The translations under genes and the position numbers were made by a program. DNA of 64,000 nucleotides, from the IMG/VR virus record IMGVR_UViG_3300021399_000012, positions 1 through 64,000 of that record; one strand, written 5' to 3'. Under the pieces are notes generated by a model. The model was given only the letters and a program-made list of their open reading frames with translations, made no database searches and was not told the DNA's origin. This DNA comes from a virus (Duplodnaviria; Caudoviricetes). Shown in pieces: positions 1 to 9,300 of this stretch (position 1 is the first letter of the stretch; the number at the start of each line of letters is the position of its first letter).

Positions 1-70
1 TGAGAGAATCGCAGAACTTGAGAAAATTATAAAGGAGAATAATGTCTAGATTTTCTAGGCATTACCCTTT

Positions 71-97
71 TTCGCATTATATTCAGCTTTTTATATG
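71..97 (+). promoter_or_regulatory. phage promoter motif TTCGCA-N15-TATATG
   Basis: Exact consensus, upstream of RBS. Confidence 0.75.
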
Positions 98-124
98 GAA
101 AACCATATAAGGAGGTAAATAAAT

Positions 125-430
125 ATGGCAGAACTGGAAAGAATTATAAATATCGAATGTAAGGATGACGATGGTAAATTGGACGAGTTCGTAAACGATT
201 TAATAGAGGAAATGTGCTTCTATTATAGATACGACAGAATCGAAGTTACGATATCAGAAGATATGGGATTGATGAATTTAAAGACTTCATATAAAGGATT
301 TAAATTCGGAGAGAATATCTATGATTTGCGTGACTACGTAAATAATCTGAATGGATTTATAGAGAAGATCATGGACAAAATCGATACGGACTATTGCAAT
401 GCCATCATGAATAAATACAAGATTCGATAA
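125..430 (+). CDS. hypothetical protein in promoter-ORF-terminator cassette
   Basis: ORF with GGAGG RBS, preceded by phage promoter motif (71-97) and followed by UUCG hairpin terminator. Confidence 0.8.
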   Translation: MAELERIINIECKDDDGKLDEFVNDLIEEMCFYYRYDRIEVTISEDMGLMNLKTSYKGFKFGENIYDLRDYVNNLNGFIEKIMDKIDTDYCNAIMNKYKIR

Positions 431-434
431 TTTT

Positions 435-455
435 GGGGCTTCGGCCCCTCTTTTC
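435..455 (+). terminator. intrinsic terminator
   Basis: GGGGC-TTCG-GCCCC plus T-rich tail. Confidence 0.85.
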
Positions 456-457
456 TT

Positions 458-484
458 TTCGCATTATATTCAGGTTCGTATATG
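458..484 (+). promoter_or_regulatory. phage promoter motif
   Basis: TTCGCA-N15-TATATG directly after terminator. Confidence 0.75.
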
Positions 485-514
485 AGAAACTATTTCATAT
501 AGGAGGTAATTATT

Positions 515-718
515 ATGAAAAAGGAAAGAAGTAAAATAACAAGTAAATTTGTAAAAGAAATAAAGGAAGCTGAAACAATTATTGTTGATGGTATGGGATA
601 TTATAACGCAGGTTATTATTGTAACGGTTGTAATGGAGCATGTCCTTATTGCGTAGTTGACGTGGAAGGTAAGCGTGCTTGTTACAAAGAAGAATTTGAC
701 AGATGCGAGATTAGGTAA
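515..718 (+). CDS. small Cys-rich hypothetical protein
   Basis: GGAGG RBS; CNGCNGACPYC motif; own promoter and terminator. Confidence 0.8.
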   Translation: MKKERSKITSKFVKEIKEAETIIVDGMGYYNAGYYCNGCNGACPYCVVDVEGKRACYKEEFDRCEIR

Positions 719-728
719 AATCAACAAT

Positions 729-758
729 AGGAGGTTTTTACAGCCTCCTCTTTCTTTT
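729..758 (+). terminator. intrinsic terminator
   Basis: AGGAGG(T/C) stem plus T-rich tail. Confidence 0.75.
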
Positions 759-783
759 CGCATTATATTCAGGTTCGTATATG
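757..783 (+). promoter_or_regulatory. phage promoter motif
   Basis: Identical to 458-484 copy. Confidence 0.75.
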
Positions 784-820
784 AGAAACTAATTGTTTAG
801 AAACAGAAAGGAGACTTATT

Positions 821-985
821 ATGATAACATTAAGTATTTTATTGATTATAGCATTAGCAATTATATTGGTAATCGCCGTGTTTGGCGGTTTCGGTATTAT
901 ATTGTTCGGTGATATAATCATTGCAATGGCAGTACTTGGAATGTTGATTAAGGGATTAGTCGACAAAGCAAAAGACAAGAAGTAA
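821..985 (+). CDS. 54-aa membrane protein (not in ORF track)
   Basis: Translated by hand: MITLSILLIIALAIILVIAVFGGFGIILFGDIII...KDKK; AAGGAG RBS; promoter at 757-783. Confidence 0.75.
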   Translation: MITLSILLIIALAIILVIAVFGGFGIILFGDIIIAMAVLGMLIKGLVDKAKDKK

Positions 986-991
986 CTCAGG

Positions 992-1020
992 AGACCTTAG
1001 CAAGTCTATAAACTGCTAAA
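992..1020 (+). repeat. 29-bp dispersed element AGACCTTAGCAAGTCTATAAACTGCTAAA (copy 1)
   Basis: Just after stop codon, followed by T-run. Confidence 0.9.
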
Positions 1021-1024
1021 CCTT

Positions 1025-1051
1025 TTCGCAATTTTTTCTGGTTTATATATG
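1025..1051 (+). promoter_or_regulatory. phage promoter motif
   Basis: TTCGCA-N15-TATATG. Confidence 0.75.
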
Positions 1052-1083
1052 AACGGAATAATAAAACGAAGGAGGTAATTATT

Positions 1084-1161
1084 ATGTTAAGTATGGTATT
1101 TTTATGTATGATTATTATTGGAGCAGTAGGTTTATTCGCAACCGGTAATAAGAAAGATTAA
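1084..1161 (+). CDS. 25-aa membrane peptide (not in ORF track)
   Basis: MLSMVFLCMIIIGAVGLFATGNKKD; GGAGGT RBS; own promoter (1025-1051) and terminator (1172-1198). Confidence 0.65.
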   Translation: MLSMVFLCMIIIGAVGLFATGNKKD

Positions 1162-1171
1162 AGAAGTACCA

Positions 1172-1207
1172 AAGGGCTTGATAGATATTCAAGTCCTTCG
1201 TCTTTTT
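1172..1207 (+). terminator. intrinsic terminator
   Basis: AAGGGCTTGA/TCAAGTCCTT stem plus T-run. Confidence 0.7.
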
Positions 1208-1232
1208 CGCATTATATTCAGATACGTATATG
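1206..1232 (+). promoter_or_regulatory. phage promoter motif
   Basis: TTCGCA-N15-TATATG. Confidence 0.75.
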
Positions 1233-1267
1233 AGAAACACTATTTATATTAAAGGAGGGTTTATGTT

Positions 1268-1552
1268 ATGGGTAAACTTTTAAAGATCATTGTAGGTGTT
1301 ATTGTTACAGTATTTGTAATCAACATGGGTTGCGGCATTAAGCGATCTGTTGATGAGTATACTTATGATTTCGGTTATGGAACCGGAACTAGTCTACACT
1401 TCAGCAGCATCGGAATGCACGACGACGAAGCGTGTTTGATCATGAAGCTGAATTTTGACATTGACGACTATGCATTGGATTGCGGCAAAGTTTATATCCC
1501 AATGTTTGAGCATATTGGCTCTAACAATATAGGATATGTGTTAGAAAAGTAA
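1268..1552 (+). CDS. hypothetical protein with N-terminal TM/signal segment
   Basis: Hydrophobic N-terminus; RBS; cassette context. Confidence 0.75.
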   Translation: MGKLLKIIVGVIVTVFVINMGCGIKRSVDEYTYDFGYGTGTSLHFSSIGMHDDEACLIMKLNFDIDDYALDCGKVYIPMFEHIGSNNIGYVLEK

Positions 1553-1558
1553 TTTTCA

Positions 1559-1587
1559 AGACCTTAGCAAGTCTATAAACTACTAAA
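1559..1587 (+). repeat. 29-bp dispersed element (copy 2, TACTAAA variant)
   Basis: One substitution. Confidence 0.9.
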
Positions 1588-1624
1588 GCTTTTTGTAAAA
1601 TTATATTTATGGAGGTAAAAGAAT

Positions 1625-1777
1625 ATGTTTAAGACAACTAAAGGAATGAAAATCGCAGGGTATGTATTTATGGGATTGATTGGCGCATTAGGATCTATTT
1701 TGTGTCATGCAGCATCTGATGAGGAACTTAGTGCAGCTATTCATAAAAAGGTTAAAGAAAACCAGGCAAATAAGTAA
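1625..1777 (+). CDS. 50-aa hypothetical membrane protein (not in ORF track)
   Basis: MFKTTKGMKIAGYVFMGLIGALGSILCHAAS...; GGAGGT RBS. Confidence 0.65.
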   Translation: MFKTTKGMKIAGYVFMGLIGALGSILCHAASDEELSAAIHKKVKENQANK

Positions 1778-1799
1778 TTATATTTAAGGAGGTAGCATT

Positions 1800-2072
1800 A
1801 TGGAAGATGCAAAAATTGTAACAGAGGCAATTGCTAAGGTTGGTCAGTTAGAGCTTGGCTTTAACTCTTTGGCGGATTTGACACTCAAGAATGCCACTAG
1901 AACAGCTAAGCTTTCAAGAAAACTATCAGGCCGTACGCTCGTAGTGGCTGTTGGTATGTGTGTAATTGCAGGATTCGGGGCTTTCGCTATTGACGAGCAT
2001 GCTCGTAGACTTGAAAGACTTGAGGCATTAGCTGGTATATCTGGCAACAGTAATAAGGAGGAATCTAAATAA
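1800..2072 (+). CDS. hypothetical membrane protein
   Basis: GGAGGT RBS; TM segment LVVAVGMCVIAGFGAFAI. Confidence 0.75.
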   Translation: MEDAKIVTEAIAKVGQLELGFNSLADLTLKNATRTAKLSRKLSGRTLVVAVGMCVIAGFGAFAIDEHARRLERLEALAGISGNSNKEESK

Positions 2073-2857
2073 TGGGCTTAGACATGAGAAAAGTAACAAA
2101 AATGTTCAACACAGCCAAGGCATTTGCTAACTTATATCAGGATGACATTATGATTGGTTTTGGTATTGCAGGTTATATTTCGGCAATATCCGATGCTTTC
2201 AAAGCAGGACCTAAGATTGAGAGGGCTCTTGATAGAGGAGATAAAGCTGCGTATGATGATGGTAGAGAATACACTACTCAGGAAAAGATCATGGACACAT
2301 GGAAATACTGGACTCCAGTTGTTCTTAAAGGTACCGCTTCTACAGCATTAGTATTAAAAGGACATTCTATCACAGCAAAAAGAAATGCTGGTTTAGCATT
2401 AGCATGTTCAGCTGCACAGAATGCGCTTATCGACTACAAGGACACTGTTAAAGAAGTTCTTCCTGAAAAGAAGAAGAAAGATATTGATGAGAAATATCTT
2501 AAGAAGCGTATGTCCAGCATTGGAGCTGTATCTAGCGACAACCTGCATCACGAGCCTGGCGATGTTAAAATGTTTGACGAGGCAAGTGGTAGATTCTTCA
2601 TGTCAACAGTAAATAAGGTTAATGCAGCTTGGATTAAACTGAAGGACCGTGTCCAGGATGAAATGTACGTATCTGTAAATGACTTTTATTCAGAACTGGA
2701 TAATCCAGATTTGAAACCTTGTACATTAGGTGAGTCTAGAGGATGGTCTGTCGATAATTATATGGACGGCGACATGGAAGTTTACACATCAGGCGCAATT
2801 GTTGATGATTTAGGTCAACCTTGCATCTGTGTAGTATTTGATCATTTTGATATATAA
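2072..2857 (+). CDS. conserved phage protein with N-terminal membrane anchor (DUF6353-like, paralog of 4122..5129)
   Basis: Shares architecture with 4122..5129 (IxxGxGI TM, KR-NAxL); family name from memory, needs HMM check. Confidence 0.6.
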   Translation: MGLDMRKVTKMFNTAKAFANLYQDDIMIGFGIAGYISAISDAFKAGPKIERALDRGDKAAYDDGREYTTQEKIMDTWKYWTPVVLKGTASTALVLKGHSITAKRNAGLALACSAAQNALIDYKDTVKEVLPEKKKKDIDEKYLKKRMSSIGAVSSDNLHHEPGDVKMFDEASGRFFMSTVNKVNAAWIKLKDRVQDEMYVSVNDFYSELDNPDLKPCTLGESRGWSVDNYMDGDMEVYTSGAIVDDLGQPCICVVFDHFDI

Positions 2858-2862
2858 AGGAG

Positions 2863-2889
2863 TTCGCAAGAATTTCCATTATATATATG
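2863..2889 (+). promoter_or_regulatory. phage promoter motif
   Basis: TTCGCA-N15-TATATG. Confidence 0.7.
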
Positions 2890-2930
2890 AGCAGAAAGCT
2901 CGATATTCAAGAAAACGGAGGAATAGAATC

Positions 2931-3173
2931 ATGGAAAATGAAATCATGGAGACAACAGAAACAACTGAAATTGTAGAGTCTGGAAAGAAGTCAGGCAAGA
3001 CAACAGCGATTGTTATTGGACTTTCAGCAGTGGCAGGTGCAGCAGTATATAAGCTGGCTAGCTGGGGCTGGGGAAAGATTACAGAAGCAGTTCACAAGCA
3101 GGACGAAGCTAAGGCTCGCAAGGCACAGGCTGAATCTGAAGAGGAGCCAGATGAGGTTTCCGAGGAAGAGTAA
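2931..3173 (+). CDS. hypothetical membrane-anchored acidic protein
   Basis: Start moved to ATG 2931 after GGAGG RBS and promoter at 2863-2889. Confidence 0.75.
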   Translation: MENEIMETTETTEIVESGKKSGKTTAIVIGLSAVAGAAVYKLASWGWGKITEAVHKQDEAKARKAQAESEEEPDEVSEEE

Positions 3174-3270
3174 TCTTCTGTACAACTGAATATTGTGAAA
3201 GACGAGCGTTCGGAGTAATATCCGGCGCTCAAAGTCTTTTGCTTTTGTTATTATATTTAAGGAGGATAAG

Positions 3271-3882
3271 ATGGCAAACGACAAGAACATCATTCCTGGA
3301 AATAGTTTGAAATCCAGAGAAGCTGCTGAGAAGCCAAAGACAACAAAGGTTATTAAGGGCAAGGCAGAATTGAAAAAGAAATCTGCTGGTAGACAGCTTC
3401 TTAATAGTTTCATTTCAGAAGATGCCGGGAATGTTAAAGATTATATTATAGGCGACGTTATTGTCCCAGCTGTAAAAGACGTTATTCAGGACATTGTTAC
3501 TAATTCAATTAGTATGCTTTTATTTGGAGATACTAGAGGTGGAAACAAAAGAAACAATCCATCAGGCTCTTATGTATCTTACAACAACAGATATTTCGGA
3601 GGATCGAAGCCAAGAGCGGCTGCTTCATCATCTAACAATTTTAATATAGATGATATATTCTTTGAGACTCGAATGGATGCCGAAGAAGCACTCGATAATT
3701 TGGTTGAGATGATTGACCGTTATGGAAGTGTTACTGTTCTGGAATTATATGATTCAGTTGGATTACAGTGTCCGCCATATACATCTGATAAGTATGGATG
3801 GACAAGACTTGGTAATGCTGCTGTAAGAAGAACTAGAGATGGTTATATTCTAGAATTACCTAGACCAAAGTATCTTGATTAA
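3271..3882 (+). CDS. conserved hypothetical phage protein
   Basis: Long ORF with strong RBS. Confidence 0.8.
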   Translation: MANDKNIIPGNSLKSREAAEKPKTTKVIKGKAELKKKSAGRQLLNSFISEDAGNVKDYIIGDVIVPAVKDVIQDIVTNSISMLLFGDTRGGNKRNNPSGSYVSYNNRYFGGSKPRAAASSSNNFNIDDIFFETRMDAEEALDNLVEMIDRYGSVTVLELYDSVGLQCPPYTSDKYGWTRLGNAAVRRTRDGYILELPRPKYLD

Positions 3883-3889
3883 TTAGGAG

Positions 3890-4108
3890 GTGGTCCTCGT
3901 GAATGATAATTATACTATAGAATACATGAGAAAGAAAATATCAAAGGTATACCCTGGTATGAAATGGGTTAACAAATGTCAAGCGATGCACCCAGATCAA
4001 GTGTATGCAATATATCATAAATTCAAAGAAGAGGGCCGCTTCGACAAAAAGAAGAATAAACAAAAAGAAGAATATTATCAGTATAATATATTTGATTACA
4101 TAAAATAG
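3890..4108 (+). CDS. hypothetical protein
   Basis: ORF in operon; start may be GTG 3899. Confidence 0.65.
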   Translation: MVLVNDNYTIEYMRKKISKVYPGMKWVNKCQAMHPDQVYAIYHKFKEEGRFDKKKNKQKEEYYQYNIFDYIK

Positions 4109-4121
4109 GAGGAATTATATT

Positions 4122-5129
4122 ATGGATATCATGACAGTTTTAAAAACTGCTCAGAAAGCCACTAAATTCGGAGTTACAAAATATGCTTCAGAAATTCTTT
4201 TAGGGGCTGGTATTGGACTTGGACTCTGTGGAACAGTAGAGGCTTGCAAGTCAACATTAAAGCTTGAGGAGACTTTGACACCTCAGAAGAATAAAATTGA
4301 ATATATTAAGGGTTGCAGAGATGGAGTTATTGAGACTCCTGAGAAGTACAAGAACTATACAATTGCAGACTTTAAGAAGGATTTGACAAAGGCTTATTTG
4401 GAGACAGGCTATAAGGTTTGTAGATTATATTCTAAGCCTATCATTCTTGGAACTATTTCTATTGGTTCATTGCTGGGTTCTCATAAGATCCTTAATAAGA
4501 GAAACGCTATGCTGCTTACAGCTTATGTAACTTTGGATGAGACATTCACAGGTTATCGTTCTAGAGTGGTTGATGAGTATGGTGAAGCTGTTGATACTCA
4601 CCTATATTATAACACAGAGATTGACGAAGTAGAAGTTACTGAGGTTGATGAGAAGGGTAAGGAAAAGAAAGTTAAGAAGAAGGTTCAGTATGTAGACGAG
4701 AAGACAGCAAAGAAGAATCCTTATTCATTCTTATTTGACTGCGGTTCTGTATGCTGGAAGAATGACGCTGTTAGTAATCTTACATTCTTAAAGGCTCAGG
4801 AGAATTACGCCACACAGAAGCTGATTGCACACAAGAGACTGTTCTTATCAGAAGTATTGGATGCTCTTGGAATTGATGTTCAGGATGAAGAGACTCTCGA
4901 ATTCGCGCACAACTACGGTTGGACATACGGCGAAGGAGATAACTTTGTAGACTTCGGATTACGTAAGTACGAGGATCTTGACATGCCTGTATATTCTCAG
5001 GATAATGCTTATTGGCTTGACTTCAACTGCGATGGTTACATGTTTAAGAGACTGAGTCATCCTGAAGATGAGATCACTTGCAAAGTCGATATGCGAGACA
5101 TGTTCGACGGACAGCCAGTAGACTGCTAA
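4122..5129 (+). CDS. conserved phage protein with N-terminal membrane anchor (DUF6353-like)
   Basis: EILLGAGIGLG TM segment; paralog of 2072..2857. Confidence 0.6.
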   Translation: MDIMTVLKTAQKATKFGVTKYASEILLGAGIGLGLCGTVEACKSTLKLEETLTPQKNKIEYIKGCRDGVIETPEKYKNYTIADFKKDLTKAYLETGYKVCRLYSKPIILGTISIGSLLGSHKILNKRNAMLLTAYVTLDETFTGYRSRVVDEYGEAVDTHLYYNTEIDEVEVTEVDEKGKEKKVKKKVQYVDEKTAKKNPYSFLFDCGSVCWKNDAVSNLTFLKAQENYATQKLIAHKRLFLSEVLDALGIDVQDEETLEFAHNYGWTYGEGDNFVDFGLRKYEDLDMPVYSQDNAYWLDFNCDGYMFKRLSHPEDEITCKVDMRDMFDGQPVDC

Positions 5130-5145
5130 GTGGAGGTTATTTGAA

Positions 5146-5778
5146 ATGAATATTATTAAGTATATTTTAACATTTGGTGCTGGAGCCGCTTTAGGCTCTG
5201 GTGTCACTTATTATATTGTGTCTAAGAAGAAAGACAAAGAGTGCCAGGAAGACATTGATTCTATGAAGGCCGAGTATAGCAAAAGAATCGAAGCTGCTGA
5301 GAAGAAAACAGAAGAGATTCCATCAGAAGATGAGATGGCTGAAATGGAAGCACCAGATGATTCTGACATTCCTACTTTTCATCCAGATGTAGAGTTAGAT
5401 GATTCGGAGATTCCGGAGAGTGCTATTAGAACTGGTGTAAACTATGCTTCTAAATATATGACAGCCTCTAAGGACGTTCCTGAGAATGTAGTTCGTAGAA
5501 ACATTGTGCCTATCAGTATTGATGAGTATGATGAAGACGACGCATTTACAAAGCAGGAACTTATATTCTATGATGAAGATTCTATATTAGCCGATTCTTC
5601 AAGCGATGAAGTCCGCAGCTTAGATGATATCGGCGGTGTACCTATGTTAGATCATATCGGAGATGATGCTCAGGATATGTTATTCGTAAGAGACTTGGAT
5701 ACTGCTGTTGATTACTCTATTTCTATTATGCATACTTCCTACAACCGCATAATGGGATATATGGAGGAAGATGAGTAG
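5146..5778 (+). CDS. membrane-anchored acidic hypothetical protein
   Basis: N-terminal FGAGAALGSGVTY TM, acidic C-terminus. Confidence 0.75.
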   Translation: MNIIKYILTFGAGAALGSGVTYYIVSKKKDKECQEDIDSMKAEYSKRIEAAEKKTEEIPSEDEMAEMEAPDDSDIPTFHPDVELDDSEIPESAIRTGVNYASKYMTASKDVPENVVRRNIVPISIDEYDEDDAFTKQELIFYDEDSILADSSSDEVRSLDDIGGVPMLDHIGDDAQDMLFVRDLDTAVDYSISIMHTSYNRIMGYMEEDE

Positions 5779-6307
5779 AGAGTCTTACTTCGAATGGTTG
5801 ATATCTTTTGTTGATGACGGGCAAAATATACGAACGCACAAAAAGTTATTGAGTGAGCTGTTTGATACTGAATTTTATTGGACAGTTCCACTCGATAAAA
5901 ATCGTGCAAATGACGGACTTGGACTTCGAAGTCAATATGTAGATAGTTTGCCAAAGAGAATCCGTGAGCGTGAAATAAATGAACTTGATGGTGCTTGTTC
6001 TGTATTAGAAATGATGGTGGCATTGTCAAGTAGAATGGAACATACTATTATGTTTGACACTGCTTATGGAGATAGAACAGCGATATGGTTCTGGATGATG
6101 ATAGAGAATTTACAACTTTTATCATTTGTAGACAATCGATATGACCATGTCGAAGTTGGGGGAAGACTTGTAAAATTTCTGCAGAGATCATATAGTTCAG
6201 ATGGTCGTGGTGGTTTGTTCTGGATACCAGATACAAAACATGATATGCGTAAACCTGAAATATGGTATCAAATGAACTGGTGGGTCGATTACTTACTAGA
6301 TCAATAA
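5771..6307 (+). CDS. conserved hypothetical protein upstream of replicase
   Basis: Overlapping start/stop with previous gene; long ORF. Confidence 0.75.
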   Translation: MSRESYFEWLISFVDDGQNIRTHKKLLSELFDTEFYWTVPLDKNRANDGLGLRSQYVDSLPKRIREREINELDGACSVLEMMVALSSRMEHTIMFDTAYGDRTAIWFWMMIENLQLLSFVDNRYDHVEVGGRLVKFLQRSYSSDGRGGLFWIPDTKHDMRKPEIWYQMNWWVDYLLDQ

Positions 6308-6340
6308 TGATTAAAATATTTTGGAAGGAGAGTACATCAA

Positions 6341-9300
6341 ATGTTGGACTTCTTTGTTATATCTCAGAAATCTACTAAACGTGGGTTCGTTGAGATATAT
6401 CCTAAGTTCATTGTTCGTACCTCCAAAGATTTAATGATTCGAGGTGGTGATTTCTACGCCATATGGGACGAGTCAAACAAACAGTGGAGTACGGATGAAG
6501 AACGTGCGTTACAACTTATAGACGAAGCTCTGGACGACTATGTTAATGAACATGCAGGAACTATAACTGATAATATCAGTGTATTGCACATGTGGGATGC
6601 AGAAACTGGTATGATAGATAGATGGCATAAGTATTGCCAAAAACAGATGCGAGATAAATATCAAGCATTGGATGAGAATTTGGTGTTTTCGAATACTGAG
6701 CTGTCTAAAGAATTATATTCTTCTAAACGATTACCTTATGCGTTGGAAGATGGTGATATAAGTGCTTGGAACGAGTTGCTCGATGTATTATATTCCAAAG
6801 AAGAGAAGAAGAAACTTGAGTGGAGTATAGGCTCTGTTGTTTCTGGTGAAAGTAAGAATCTTCAAAAGTTTGTAGTATTATATGGTAGTGCCGGAACAGG
6901 TAAATCTACTGTATTAAATATTATGCAGAAGCTGTTTCAGGGTTACTATTCTGTATTTGATGCTAAGTCATTGGGAAGTGCTAATAATGCTTTCGCGTTA
7001 GAGGCTTTCAAGACAAACCCATTGGTAGCAATCCAACATGATGGTGACTTGAGTAAAATTGAAGATAATACTAGACTGAATAGTTTGGTATCTCACGAGT
7101 TAATGACAGTAAATGAGAAATTCAGACCCACGTATACAAATCGATTTAATTCATTCTTATTCATGGGTACTAATAAACCAGTAAAGATTACAGATGCTAA
7201 GTCTGGTATCTTGAGACGTCTTATAGATGTTTCTCCAACTGGAAATAAAGTACCAGCTAGAAAGTATAAAGAATTGATGAAGAAGATTGATTTCGAACTG
7301 GGTGCTATAGCGAAGCACTGCATGGATGTATATGTTAATGACCCAGGTGCGTATGATGCTTACGTGCCAACAAACATGATGGATGAATCCAATGATTTCT
7401 ATAACTTTATCATTGATAACTATGATATATTTAGACGTCAGGATTCAGTAACATTAAAGCAAGCTTGGGAATTATATCAGGAATGGTGTACGGATTCGAA
7501 TATACCATACCCATATACAAAACGTGTGTTCAAGAGTGAACTTAAAAACTATTTTGAGAACTTTGATGAAAGGAGGAAGGACGGTCTTAGAAATGTATAT
7601 TCTGGATTTACGTACGATAAGTTTACGTATAAGGCAAAAAACAAAGACGATGAAGCAGAACCTATTAAGCCGTGGCTTGCGTTTGCTGAGATACCATCGG
7701 CGTTTGATGCTGCTTGTGCGGATTTGCCTGCGCAATATGCGACTGCGAATGAAATACCAGAAGGAAAATGGGCTGATGTAACTACGACATTAAAAGATAT
7801 AGACACATCAAAGTTACATTATGTAAAAGTCCCATTGAATCATATCGTAATTGATTTCGATATTCCAGACGAAAATGGAAATAAATCTTTCGAAAAGAAT
7901 TTTGAAGCTGCTTGCCAGTGGCCGGAAACATATGCAGAACTTAGTAAATCGGGTTCCGGTATACATTTACATTATATTTATAATGGAGATCCTTTACTAT
8001 TATCGAGAGTATATGGTGATCATATAGAAATAAAAGTCTATAATGGTAAATCATCCTTGCGAAGGAAGCTTACGAAATGTAATAATCTTCCAATAGCTAG
8101 TATTTCATCAGGGTTACCTCTAAAAGAAGAAAAACCAAAAAAGAGGATTGATAAGATGATAAATATGGATGATGCTGCTTGGCAGAAGAAGATACTTATA
8201 CCAAGTATTGATAAGTGCCTAAAGAAAGAACATCACCATGCTACAAAACCAGAAGTAGATTTCATAAAGAAAATTTTGGACGATGCTTATGATTCAGGAA
8301 GGTTTTATGATGTTACACCATTAAGACCAGCTATATTAACATTTGCAGCTAGGAGCTCTCATCAGAGTGACTACTGTATAAAACTTGTTAATTCTATGAA
8401 GTTTAAGTCCGAAAGTATTAGTGAAGTATCGGATGCTGTATACGGAGAAAAGCCTATAGCGTTTTACGACGTTGAGGTTTTCCCGAATCTATTCCTTATA
8501 AACTGGAAACTGGCTGGTGATAACCCGGTTGTTAGGATGATAAATCCAACTCCAGCAGACGTAGAGGCACTCATACAGAATTATAGGCTTATCGGATACA
8601 ACTGTAGACGATATGATAATCATATTCTATGGGCTAGAATGATGGGTTATACAAATGAACAATTGTATAATTTGTCACAGCGTATAGTAAATGGTAGTAA
8701 GAACGCCATGTTTGGCGAAGCTTATAATTTATCATATACTGACGTTTACGATTTCTGTTCAACAAAGCAATCTTTGAAGAAATGGGAAATCGAATTGGGT
8801 ATAACACACCACGAGCTGGGTCTTCCATGGGATCAACCAGTTGCTGAAGAGTTATGGCCAAAAGTTGCGGAATATTGTGACGATGACGTTATTGCTACAG
8901 AAGCTGTATTCAATGCTAGAAAGGCTGACTTTATAGCTAGAGAAATATTGGCAGATGTGGCTGGTATGACTGTGAATTCGTCAACTAACTCATTAACTAC
9001 TAGAATTATATTCGGTAAGGATTTACAGCCTCAATCGGAATTTAATTATAGATTCATGGGCGAGGATGTTCCGGATGACGAATTATATACTATAAAGTAT
9101 GAGAAAGATAAACTAGTTCGTTCTGATAAAGTATCAAACAGTGATTATATTCTTTTCAGAAAGAGCGACAACAAGCCAGTGTTCAGAGGTTATACTTTTG
9201 ATCATGGTAGGTCATTATATCGTGGATTCGAAGTAGGCGAGGGCGGATTCGTATGGGCTGAACCAGGTATGTACGGACGTGCTATAACATTTGACGTTGC

